NCBI GenBank assembly: GCA_963847705.1
Contig: CAWKBC010000007.1
Span: 32,001 to 96,000 of the forward strand
Length of the DNA stretch: 64,000 nt
Origin: an uncultured Pseudomonadota bacterium
Lineage (GTDB): Bacteria; Myxococcota_A; Polyangia; Fen-1088
Reading direction: 5' to 3'
In this document: in pieces, positions 1-7,924 of the stretch
How the letters are laid out: the number at the start of each line of letters is the position of its first letter
Numbering within the stretch: position 1 is the stretch's first letter
Program-made: the position numbers and the translations under genes
The notes under the pieces: model-generated
What the model saw: only the letters and a program-made list of their open reading frames with translations
Told to the model about the DNA's origin: nothing
Databases searched by the model: none

Positions 1-1
1 C

Positions 2-1258
2 CCGACCCTGTCCGCGGCGCACGCGGCGGCGGGGGCGCCCGAGACCTGGAGAGAGAGCGTGCTGCGCGGGATGTTGACCGTGACAGCCGTGGTGGCGCCG
101 CTGCTGGCGGCGCTGGGGATCTTCGTGGGAGCAACCCATCGCGACGCAAAGGACATCGCAGTGATGGCGACCGCCGGTCTCCTGCTCCCGCTGCTTCGCC
201 TGGTCCGCCGACCGCCCGTCCGGCGGCGGGCGCTGGTCGCCATCCTCGCCCTGTTCGCCACCGGGATCTTTCTCCTCGGGCGGGCCGGGTTTGCCGCCGG
301 CCTGAGCGTCATCATCGTCACCACCTGCGTGCTGGGCGTCATCACCCTCGGCCGCAACCTCGGCTTCGTGATGATCGCTCTCTCCGCGCTGGCCCACCTG
401 GTCATCGGCCTGCTGGTGTCTCGCAAGATCCTGCATCTCGCCCCCCGGGAGGTGGATCCGCTGCTGTTCAGGAACTGGATCCGGATGGCGGCCACCACCT
501 CGCTGCTGGCGTTGCTGCTGGCGAAGGTGATCGAGTTCGTCATCCGCCACGTCGAGGCCAACGCCACCGCGGCGCGGCGGATGCTGGGCGAGCTGCGCAT
601 CGCTTATGAACGCCTGGGCCTGCTCCACGGGCGCCTGGAGGCGGCCAAGGAAGAGGAGCGCCGCTTCCTGGCGCACGAGCTGCACGACGAGCTCGGGCAG
701 TCACTGACCGCGCTCAAGCTCAGGCTGCAGCTCGACGGCCGGGCGACGGCCCCCGCGCCGCATCAGGCCGCGCCGCAAGCGCTGGCGCTCATCGATCAGC
801 TGATCGCGCGGGTGCGGCAGATCTCCATCGATCTGCGGCCGCCGCTGCTCGACGAGGTCGGCCTCGGTCCGGCGTTGCGCTTCTACCTGGAGGGCCAGGC
901 GGCGCTGTCGAGCGTCCCGATCGTGCTGGAGTTCAGGGACGTCACGGAAGGGGCGCGGCTCGCCCCCGACCTGGAGATCGCCTGCTTCCGCGTGGTGCAG
1001 GAGTCGATCACCAACGCCCTCCGCCACGCCTCGGCGCACCGCATTCAGGTGCGAATCGTGCGCGACGCCGAGCATGTCTCGCTGGCGATCCGGGACGACG
1101 GGCGGGGCTTCGATCCGTCGGCGCTCGCCACCCTCGACCTCGCCTCCCACCTGGGAATCGTCGGCATGCGCGAGCGCGTGCGCGCCCGCGCCGGCGCCTT
1201 CCGTCTCATCTCGCGCCCCGGCGACGGAACGGCCGTCGAGATCGAGCTGCCGGTTTAA
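2..1258 (+). CDS. Membrane sensor histidine kinase, HisKA_3 (NarX/UhpB type); probably 5'-partial
   Basis: N-terminal TM segments; EERRFLAHELHDELGQ H-box; QESITNALRHA, DDGRGF, GIVGMRER, GDGTAV boxes; frame open to window start. Confidence 0.9.
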   Translation, partial: PTLSAAHAAAGAPETWRESVLRGMLTVTAVVAPLLAALGIFVGATHRDAKDIAVMATAGLLLPLLRLVRRPPVRRRALVAILALFATGIFLLGRAGFAAGLSVIIVTTCVLGVITLGRNLGFVMIALSALAHLVIGLLVSRKILHLAPREVDPLLFRNWIRMAATTSLLALLLAKVIEFVIRHVEANATAARRMLGELRIAYERLGLLHGRLEAAKEEERRFLAHELHDELGQSLTALKLRLQLDGRATAPAPHQAAPQALALIDQLIARVRQISIDLRPPLLDEVGLGPALRFYLEGQAALSSVPIVLEFRDVTEGARLAPDLEIACFRVVQESITNALRHASAHRIQVRIVRDAEHVSLAIRDDGRGFDPSALATLDLASHLGIVGMRERVRARAGAFRLISRPGDGTAVEIELPV

Positions 1259-1260
1259 AA

Positions 1261-1333
1261 TGGGAACCCTGGAGGGTTCCCAAACCCTCCCGCGACGAGG
1301 TCGAGCGGGCGAAGCCGGCTCGACCTCGCGCGC
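1261..1333. repeat. REP-like double-hairpin element, copy 1
   Basis: TGGGAACCCT-GG-AGGGTTCCCA then AACCCTCCCGCGACGAG and a second GC hairpin; related copies at 3172, 25001, 29480, 57297, 57377. Confidence 0.8.
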
Positions 1334-2160
1334 TAGACCGCGCAGAGATCGATGAAGCCGCGGATCCAGATCAAGTTGATCTCGTCGGAGAGCGCCGCGG
1401 GCGTCTCGGTGGTGGTCTCGATCGCCGCGACGTAGGGGACGCCGGCCCGGTGAAACTTGTCGGTGATGCTGCCGTCGGGACAGATGATGAACCCTTCCGC
1501 GTCGGCGCGCACGTCGCTCCCCGGCTCGTACCCGGAGTCGACGATGCTGCTCCGCAGGACCGGCACCAGCGAGCCGGCGCGCGCCATCAGCGGCCGGTAG
1601 GTGGCCAGATCGCCGAAGACGTAGGCGTAGAAGAGCGACCCGTGAATGAAGTTGTCCTGGTGCAGATCGAGCGACGCGGCCGGCAGCGGAGCGCGATCCA
1701 GCTCGCGCGCCAGCGCGGCGGTCTCCTTGGGGAGACCGTCGACGGCGGGCACGATCCGCGAGAACTGCTCACCGTCGCGAAGCTCGCCGCGCCAGACCCC
1801 CGGGGCAATCTCGTAGCGGAGAAAGTCGTTGTTCGGTCGCTCGCCCGAAATGTTGTACCGGGTGTGCGCCTCGAACCCCGAGGGGTTGACGCAGGGATAG
1901 ATGAGCAGGCCCACGCCGCGGGCGGCCGCGTATTCGACGATCTCCGCGGTGTGCTCGACGAGCGTGAGCGGGCCGGCCTTTTCGTCGCCGTGAAAACCGG
2001 CGGTGATCAGCACCGTGCGGGCCCCGGGCAACCGCAGCCCCACCAGCTCGAACGCCCGTCCCCCCTCGACGACCGTCCCGTAGCCGAATGCCTGGGCTGG
2101 CGCCGGAACCGACGCGTTCCAGCGGGCCACGTAGTCGCCGAACACCACTTCTTCAAACAT
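1333..2160 (-). CDS. M14-family zinc carboxypeptidase / succinylglutamate desuccinylase-like
   Basis: AGFHGDEKAG (HxxE), NPSG, LDLHQD, ETT motifs; start could be 2166. Confidence 0.75.
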   Translation of the reverse strand: MFEEVVFGDYVARWNASVPAPAQAFGYGTVVEGGRAFELVGLRLPGARTVLITAGFHGDEKAGPLTLVEHTAEIVEYAAARGVGLLIYPCVNPSGFEAHTRYNISGERPNNDFLRYEIAPGVWRGELRDGEQFSRIVPAVDGLPKETAALARELDRAPLPAASLDLHQDNFIHGSLFYAYVFGDLATYRPLMARAGSLVPVLRSSIVDSGYEPGSDVRADAEGFIICPDGSITDKFHRAGVPYVAAIETTTETPAALSDEINLIWIRGFIDLCAV

Positions 2161-2207
2161 TGCCACGTTTGCCGGCGGCGCGCGCCCCGCATAGGCTCAG
2201 CCAATCC

Positions 2208-3170
2208 ATGGCTGACCTCGTTCAGGACCGCCCCGCTGCGTCACCGGCGGAAACGGAGCCCAGCCGCGCTCCGCTCGAACCTCCGCTGCCCGCCCCCGCC
2301 ATCCAGCGATTCACGGGCGACCGATTCAGCCGCCAGGGGGTCAAGGCGATCGGACTCGAGCGGGCGCCCCAGAAGGACATCTACCACTTCGTCCTGGGGC
2401 GCACCTGGCCGGTCTTTTTCCTTCTGGTCGCGGTCGTCTTCATCCTGACGAACATGGTGTTCGCCTGGCTCTACCTGGCCGAGCCGGGGTCCATCGCCAA
2501 CGCACGGCCGGGCTCGTTCGAGGACGCCCTGAATTTCAGCGTCCAGACCCTGGCCACCATCGGCTACGGGGGAATGTCTCCGGCCAGCCGCTACGGGCAC
2601 GTCATCGTCTTCATCGAGGCGATCGTCGGCATCCTGATGGTCGCGCTCATCACCGGCATCACCTTCACCCGCTTCGCCCGCCCGACGGCGCGCGTGCTGT
2701 TCTCCAACAAGGTGGTCATCTCGCCGCGCAACGGCGTGCCCCACGTGATGTTCCGGATGGCCAACTGGCGCCGCAACCGGATCGTGGAGGCGCGCCTCAG
2801 CGCCGTCCTGCTGGTCACCGACCGGACCCGCGAGGGGGACGTGATGCGCAAGCAGATCGATCTGACGCTGGTGCGCAACAAGACCAACGTCTTCTTCCTG
2901 ACCTGGAGCGCGATGCACCTCGTCGACGAGACGAGCCCCTTCTACGGGCCGGGCGCGCTCGAGCGCCTGCGCGCCCAGCAGGCGGAGCTCTACCTGGGGC
3001 TGACCGGGCTCGACGAGACGATCGGCCAGACGATCCACGTCCGCAAGCAGTACACGCTCGACGACGTCGTTGCGAACGCGCGCTTCGCCGACGTGCTGTC
3101 GACCGACGAAGAGGGCCGGCGCATCATCGACTATCGCAAGTTCCACGACGTCGTGCCGATGGACGTTTAG
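2208..3170 (+). CDS. Inward-rectifier potassium channel (KirBac type)
   Basis: FSVQTLATIGYG filter, two TM helices, RFARP, cytoplasmic FRMANWR...H.VDETSP domain; ATG at 2208. Confidence 0.92.
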   Translation: MADLVQDRPAASPAETEPSRAPLEPPLPAPAIQRFTGDRFSRQGVKAIGLERAPQKDIYHFVLGRTWPVFFLLVAVVFILTNMVFAWLYLAEPGSIANARPGSFEDALNFSVQTLATIGYGGMSPASRYGHVIVFIEAIVGILMVALITGITFTRFARPTARVLFSNKVVISPRNGVPHVMFRMANWRRNRIVEARLSAVLLVTDRTREGDVMRKQIDLTLVRNKTNVFFLTWSAMHLVDETSPFYGPGALERLRAQQAELYLGLTGLDETIGQTIHVRKQYTLDDVVANARFADVLSTDEEGRRIIDYRKFHDVVPMDV

Positions 3171-3171
3171 A

Positions 3172-3245
3172 GGGGAACCCTGGGAGGGTTCCCCAGCCCT
3201 GCCGCGACGAGCTCAGGCCGGCAGAGCCGTCCCTCCCTCGCGCGC
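3172..3245. repeat. REP-like double-hairpin element, copy 2
   Basis: GGGGAACCCT-GGG-AGGGTTCCCC followed by AGCCCTGCCGCGACGAG; between convergent genes. Confidence 0.75.
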
Positions 3246-3256
3246 TCAGCTGGACG

Positions 3257-4285
3257 TCATCTGGTCAGGCCCGGGATGGGCGCCCCGCCGTGCATGAGCG
3301 CCAGCAGGCCGCCCAGGCGGGCCAGGAGATCGTCGAACGCCGGCTCGCTGAGCGTGGCGTGCACCGTGAAGGCGTGGTCGACAGCCGTGGCGGTGACCCC
3401 GTCGAGGTAGGGGCCGAGCCCCAGCATCAGCACCTCGGGGTTCCGTTTGGCGTCGCGCAACGACTCGGTCACCTTGAGCGCCAGCGACTTCGCCTCCGCC
3501 GCCGTCGCCAGATCGGCCAGCAGCTGCGCCTCCAGCCCCTTGCCGAGATCGACGCCGGCCGACAGCGTGAGAATCGCGGCGGCGTCGGAGAAATGCGGAT
3601 CCGACGCCAGCGACTTGCGCGTCGACTCGGGGACGATCGCCGCCGCCCAGAGCGTATGCGAGCCCGCGGCCCGCTCGACCAGGTTCACCAGATCGACGTC
3701 GGTGGCGGCGCTGTCGACGGGGCGCGCGCTCTCGGCCAGGTCGGCCATCTTGGGGCCCCAGCCGCCCGCCCCCAGCACCAGGGTCTGGGGATCGATCAGG
3801 AAACCAACGACCGTCGGATCACTGCGCGAGGCCCAGAGCGTGAAGCGCCCGTGGGTGGTGGCGACCAGATCGTCGCCGCTTTTCTGCAGCTGGTCGCGCG
3901 CGTAGGAGACCAGCCGCGCCTCGTCGAAGTGCTCGCCGCGCATGACGACGCCGAACTCGCCGTGGGCGCGGGCCTCTTCGGGAAAAGCGACGGTGACGCT
4001 CATCAGCTGGCGGAGCGGATCGAAGCCGGTGCGACGGGCGAACTCTTCGATCTCGTGCTGGTCGGTCTGGTCCTGCTGCGCCTTCTCGCCCAGCTTGGCG
4101 GCCGCCGGGCTGGCACGCAGCCTGGCGACGTCGATCGCGGCCACGACCTTGGTGGCCACCGGGAACAGCGCCAGCCGCCCCTCGACGGTGGCGGCGCGAT
4201 CCTCGCCGCGCCGGCAGCCGCCACGGCAGGATCCCATGGCGACGAGCGCGATCAGGGCTGGAAAGAAAACTCGCCTTTGCGTCAT
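3257..4285 (-). CDS. Hypothetical lipoprotein
   Basis: MTQRRVFFPALIALVAMGSC signal/lipobox; high GC3 codon bias. Confidence 0.7.
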   Translation of the reverse strand: MTQRRVFFPALIALVAMGSCRGGCRRGEDRAATVEGRLALFPVATKVVAAIDVARLRASPAAAKLGEKAQQDQTDQHEIEEFARRTGFDPLRQLMSVTVAFPEEARAHGEFGVVMRGEHFDEARLVSYARDQLQKSGDDLVATTHGRFTLWASRSDPTVVGFLIDPQTLVLGAGGWGPKMADLAESARPVDSAATDVDLVNLVERAAGSHTLWAAAIVPESTRKSLASDPHFSDAAAILTLSAGVDLGKGLEAQLLADLATAAEAKSLALKVTESLRDAKRNPEVLMLGLGPYLDGVTATAVDHAFTVHATLSEPAFDDLLARLGGLLALMHGGAPIPGLTR

Positions 4286-4295
4286 ATTGCCTCGG

Positions 4296-4967
4296 ATGTC
4301 ATCCGGTTGGGCTCGCATGCGTTTCAAGGGAGAACAGGTGTGGGTGCGCGCGGACGACGCGGGGCAGCTGGTGCTGGACGGCGACGGCCGCGCCGAGATG
4401 AAGTATCGCGAAACTGACAGCAAGAGCTACCGTCCATCGCCTGGAAATCTGATCCCCGACCAGGGCGGCCCCCCGAGCGACGCTCCGCCCGAGCGCAAAC
4501 GCCGGGCCAGCGGCGGCGCCAAAGCTCCGTCCAAAGCTGCGGCAAAGGCTCCGTCGTCGGGTGGCTCGGCCCTCGAGATCTGGACCGACGGTGCCTGCTC
4601 GGGGAACCCAGGACCGATGGGGATCGGCGTGGTCGTCATCGACGGTGCCACGCGGCGCGAGAAGGGGGAGTACCTGGGCATCGGCACCAACAACATCGCC
4701 GAGCTGACGGCGATCGGGCGGGGGATCGATCTGGCGGGCGACGGCGGGCGACGGATGCGCGTCTACACCGACTCGAGCTACGCGATCGGGGTGCTGAGCA
4801 AGGGATGGAAGGCCAAGGCCAACCAGGAGCTGATCGCCAAGCTCAAGCGCCAGCTGGCGCCGCTCGACGTGGAGTTCGTCAAGGTCGCCGGGCATGCCGG
4901 CGTCCCCGAGAACGAGCGCTGCGACGAGCTGGCCCGCGAGGCGGTCAATTCCAGATCAGGACGCTAA
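4296..4967 (+). CDS. rnhA: Ribonuclease HI with extra N-terminal domain
   Basis: WTDGACSGNPG, TNNIAEL, YTDSSY, KVAGHAGVPENERCDELA. Confidence 0.92.
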   Translation: MSSGWARMRFKGEQVWVRADDAGQLVLDGDGRAEMKYRETDSKSYRPSPGNLIPDQGGPPSDAPPERKRRASGGAKAPSKAAAKAPSSGGSALEIWTDGACSGNPGPMGIGVVVIDGATRREKGEYLGIGTNNIAELTAIGRGIDLAGDGGRRMRVYTDSSYAIGVLSKGWKAKANQELIAKLKRQLAPLDVEFVKVAGHAGVPENERCDELAREAVNSRSGR

Positions 4968-5032
4968 CAGGGTCCCGCGCCCCCCTCGATGAGCTCGAGC
5001 CGGTCAGGCCGTCTCTCCCTCGGGCGACGCGA

Positions 5033-5968
5033 TCACGCTGAGTATTCACGCAGCGTGACGAAGCGGGCGCCGGCGCTGCGGGCGGCCATCAGCGTCTCAT
5101 CGAGCGCCGCCAGCTTGTGCGCCAGCGGACGCCGCAAGTCGGGTTGGCGGGCGATCAGCGCGGACGGGATCTCGTCGGCGTCGGCGTCGGCGAGGTCGAT
5201 GCCGTGCAGCTCCAGGTTGAAGAACGGCGCGCGCAAGGCGGTCGAGACCAGGTGCCGTCGCAGCCAGGCCGGCGCCAGGATCAGGCTGGTGCCGATCACG
5301 TGCAGGCGCGCCAGCGGCGTCACGGCGATCGGCAGCTCCAGCAGTCCGTCGCCGCCGTGTCGGTAGGGTGCCGTCGGCGCGGGTCGGTACGGCTTGCGCG
5401 GCGCCAGCAGCACGCGTGGGTTGTCGAGAAAGCTGCCCGACGGCCGCCCCGCCAGGCGCATCGCCGCCATCACCAGCGCCTTGGCGCCGTAATAGGCCGC
5501 CGAGGGAAACACCGACGAGTCGTAGCGATAACCGCGCGCATGCAACAGGTCGAGCGCCTCCGCGTTGATGGCGTAACCCGGGGCGCGAAAGCCGAGCGGC
5601 GCCGTCCCCGCGCAGGCGCCGACGATCGCGTGCGCGCGATCGATCTCCTCGGCCATCGCGGCGTGCGACAAGCGCGCGAAATCGTAGCGGTGGGTGTGGG
5701 TGTGGTTGGCCAGCTCGTGCCCCGCGCGCGCCAGCTCCGCCAGCAGCGCCCGCCCCTCGGCGTCCTCTTCCAGATCGGCGCCGACGACGAAGAACGTGGC
5801 GCGCAGGTCGTGCCGGGCGAACAGCGCGGCAAAGCGCGGCAAGCAGCGCCGCAAGATGGCGAACCGCCCGGGGCCGACCGGCGGCGCGCCCAGCGCGTGA
5901 ACCCGGTAGTAGCAAGCGACCGCGTCGAGATCGACGGAGACCGCCATCCGTCGACCGGGTTCACCCAT
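5033..5968 (-). CDS. Polysaccharide deacetylase (CE4/NodB-like)
   Basis: SVDLD, ATFFVVG, HELANHTHTH, GFRAPGY, YDSS. Confidence 0.88.
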   Translation of the reverse strand: MGEPGRRMAVSVDLDAVACYYRVHALGAPPVGPGRFAILRRCLPRFAALFARHDLRATFFVVGADLEEDAEGRALLAELARAGHELANHTHTHRYDFARLSHAAMAEEIDRAHAIVGACAGTAPLGFRAPGYAINAEALDLLHARGYRYDSSVFPSAAYYGAKALVMAAMRLAGRPSGSFLDNPRVLLAPRKPYRPAPTAPYRHGGDGLLELPIAVTPLARLHVIGTSLILAPAWLRRHLVSTALRAPFFNLELHGIDLADADADEIPSALIARQPDLRRPLAHKLAALDETLMAARSAGARFVTLREYSA

Positions 5969-6063
5969 GGCCGACTTCCTTACCACGCAGGGACGAACCG
6001 TGTAATCCGACGCCCCGTCGGCACCTTTGTAGGAGAGCAGGCATCTTCCCAACAGAGTCGCCC

Positions 6064-6693
6064 ATGTCGTCCCGTGTCACTGAAACCAGCGCCCCGAGCA
6101 ACCCGACCCCGGCCTTTCACAAGCCGGGCTGCGGCTGCCTCGAGCCTGCGCAGCAGGGCGACCCGTTCCTGAGCTGGGTCGGGCGGCTGGTCCACGACCA
6201 CCGCGGGCGTCTGGTCGCGGTGGCCCGCGGCGAAGGGCTGGGCCCCGAGGAGGCCTTCGACGTCGTTCAGGAGGCGTTCCAGAGCTTCCTGACCCTGCCG
6301 GCGGCCCGAACGCTGGTCGATGCGCGCGACGACTCGCGCCACTTGCTGGTCACGGTCACCCGAAACCTGGCCCGCAACCGCGGGCGGCTGGCCGCGCTGG
6401 CGCGCCCGCACGACTCCGACCCGGCGGCGCTGGCGTCGCTCCCCGCGCCGACGCCCTCCGTCGAGGAGCTGCTCTCGGCGGCCGAGGATCAGGTCCGCCT
6501 GCGTGGCTGCGTCGCCTCACTCGGCGAAATTCAGCGGGCGGTGGTGACGCTGCGGATGCTCGACGAGATCGACGGCGAGGACGTCGCCCGCACGCTGGAC
6601 ATCACCGCTGGGCACGTGGCGGTCCTGCTCCATCGCGCCAAGGCCAACCTTCTCGATTGCATGACCAACGAAACGGAAAGGAAACGCGCATGA
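6064..6693 (+). CDS. ECF sigma-70 factor
   Basis: EAFDVVQEAF (sigma2), RNLARN, QRAVVTLR...VAVLLHRAK (sigma4). Confidence 0.85.
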   Translation: MSSRVTETSAPSNPTPAFHKPGCGCLEPAQQGDPFLSWVGRLVHDHRGRLVAVARGEGLGPEEAFDVVQEAFQSFLTLPAARTLVDARDDSRHLLVTVTRNLARNRGRLAALARPHDSDPAALASLPAPTPSVEELLSAAEDQVRLRGCVASLGEIQRAVVTLRMLDEIDGEDVARTLDITAGHVAVLLHRAKANLLDCMTNETERKRA

Positions 6694-7028
6694 GCACGGA
6701 ACACGCCAACCTCCTGGAGATCACCGACGCCAACTTCGAAAAGGAGGTTCTCCAGTCGCCGCTGCCGGTGCTGGTCGACTTCACCGCCGCCTGGTGTCCG
6801 CCCTGCCGGGCGATCGCGCCGCACGTCGCGGCGATCGCCGATGCGCAGGCCGCCACCTTGAAGGTCGGCACCTGCGACGTCGACGGAAACAGCGAGCTGA
6901 CCGCCAAGCTCGACATCCGCGCCATGCCGACGCTGATGGTGTTCAAGGACGGGCGCGTCGTCGGTCAGATCGTCGGCGCCGTCCCGCGCGCCAAGATCGA
7001 AGCGCTGATCGCCCGCGCCTCGGCCTGA
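6690..7028 (+). CDS. trxA: Thioredoxin
   Basis: VLVDFTAAWCPPCR, MPT cis-Pro motif; ATGA overlap with the sigma gene. Confidence 0.9.
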   Translation: MSTEHANLLEITDANFEKEVLQSPLPVLVDFTAAWCPPCRAIAPHVAAIADAQAATLKVGTCDVDGNSELTAKLDIRAMPTLMVFKDGRVVGQIVGAVPRAKIEALIARASA

Positions 7029-7060
7029 GCCGCCCGCCTCGCTACGCCGAAGCGAGAACG

Positions 7061-7393
7061 TCACTTCGCGGCGTCGCCGGAATCGGGCCCGGCGTCGGTC
7101 TGGCCGCCGGCGTCGGCCTGACTGCCGGCGTCGACGGTCTGTCGACCAGCGTCGACAAAAGGCGACGTTCCGTACGCCGAGAAGGTCGAACGCCAGCAGG
7201 CAGCGCACAACAGCGCCGCACCTGCGGTCATCAACGCCGCGCGGCCGAGGCGCGGGGACCGGTGACCGGTGCAAGGGCCCTGGCAGGCAACTGAGGCGGT
7301 TTCAGAGACGAGCGCGGCCTGACAGAACGGACAGGCCGTGTCGTCCGACTTCACGTGGCGGTCGCACACCGGACAGAGAACGAGCGAGCTCAT
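7061..7393 (-). CDS. Small Cys-rich protein: CxxC-RHVK-CPFC, lipobox-like segment, AYG motif, DAG repeats (paralog A)
   Basis: AGGAGG RBS upstream; clear paralog of 7548-7859. Confidence 0.8.
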   Translation of the reverse strand: MSSLVLCPVCDRHVKSDDTACPFCQAALVSETASVACQGPCTGHRSPRLGRAALMTAGAALLCAACWRSTFSAYGTSPFVDAGRQTVDAGSQADAGGQTDAGPDSGDAAK

Positions 7394-7407
7394 GAGAGCC
7401 TCCTAAG

Positions 7408-7497
7408 TTAGGACGACGAGCTTACACCCGAAGGGGCAGCCGCCTCGTCCGGTTTCACGTGACGGGAGCAACCAGGGCAGAGCCCGAGCGACTTCAT
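7408..7497 (-). pseudogene. Truncated middle paralog MKSLGLCPGCSRHVKPDEAA (frame slips just before CPF, rest missing)
   Basis: Not in the ORF track; ATG at 7497 with AGGAGG RBS; TGC CCC TTC (CPF) lies one base out of frame. Confidence 0.75.
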
Positions 7498-7547
7498 TGG
7501 AAACCTCCTAAGTGAGGAGGAGAAAAGTTACACCGCGTCGACGGTCG

Positions 7548-7859
7548 TTACTTCTTGGCGTCGGGGAGGGCGTCGCGCGCGGCGTCGGTCTTCCCGTTGC
7601 CGCTATCCGCCTGCGTCCCGGCGTCGAAGGGGGGCGACACGCCATACGGAACGATCGACGAATGGCTGTTCTCACAGGCGGCCCCCAGGAGCGCGGCCCC
7701 GGCGGCCACCAGCGCTGCGCTGACAAGGCGGGGGGCGGAGGGGCGGGCGCAGCGGCCGGCGCACGCTTCCGGCGCCACCGCCGCCTGGCAGAACGGACAG
7801 GTCGTCTCGTCCGACTTCACGTGACGGTTGCAACCGGAGCAGGGGACGAGAACGCTCAT
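7548..7859 (-). CDS. Small Cys-rich protein: CxxC-RHVK-CPFC, LGAAC lipobox, PYG motif (paralog C)
   Basis: AAGAGG RBS; MSVLVPCSGCNRHVKSDETTCPFC...VPYGVSPP. Confidence 0.8.
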   Translation of the reverse strand: MSVLVPCSGCNRHVKSDETTCPFCQAAVAPEACAGRCARPSAPRLVSAALVAAGAALLGAACENSHSSIVPYGVSPPFDAGTQADSGNGKTDAARDALPDAKK

Positions 7860-7924
7860 TTGGAAACCTCTTAATTCAAGGCCTGGAGTCTACACCTGGA
7901 TCGTCCGTCGTGTAGCCTCAGGGC

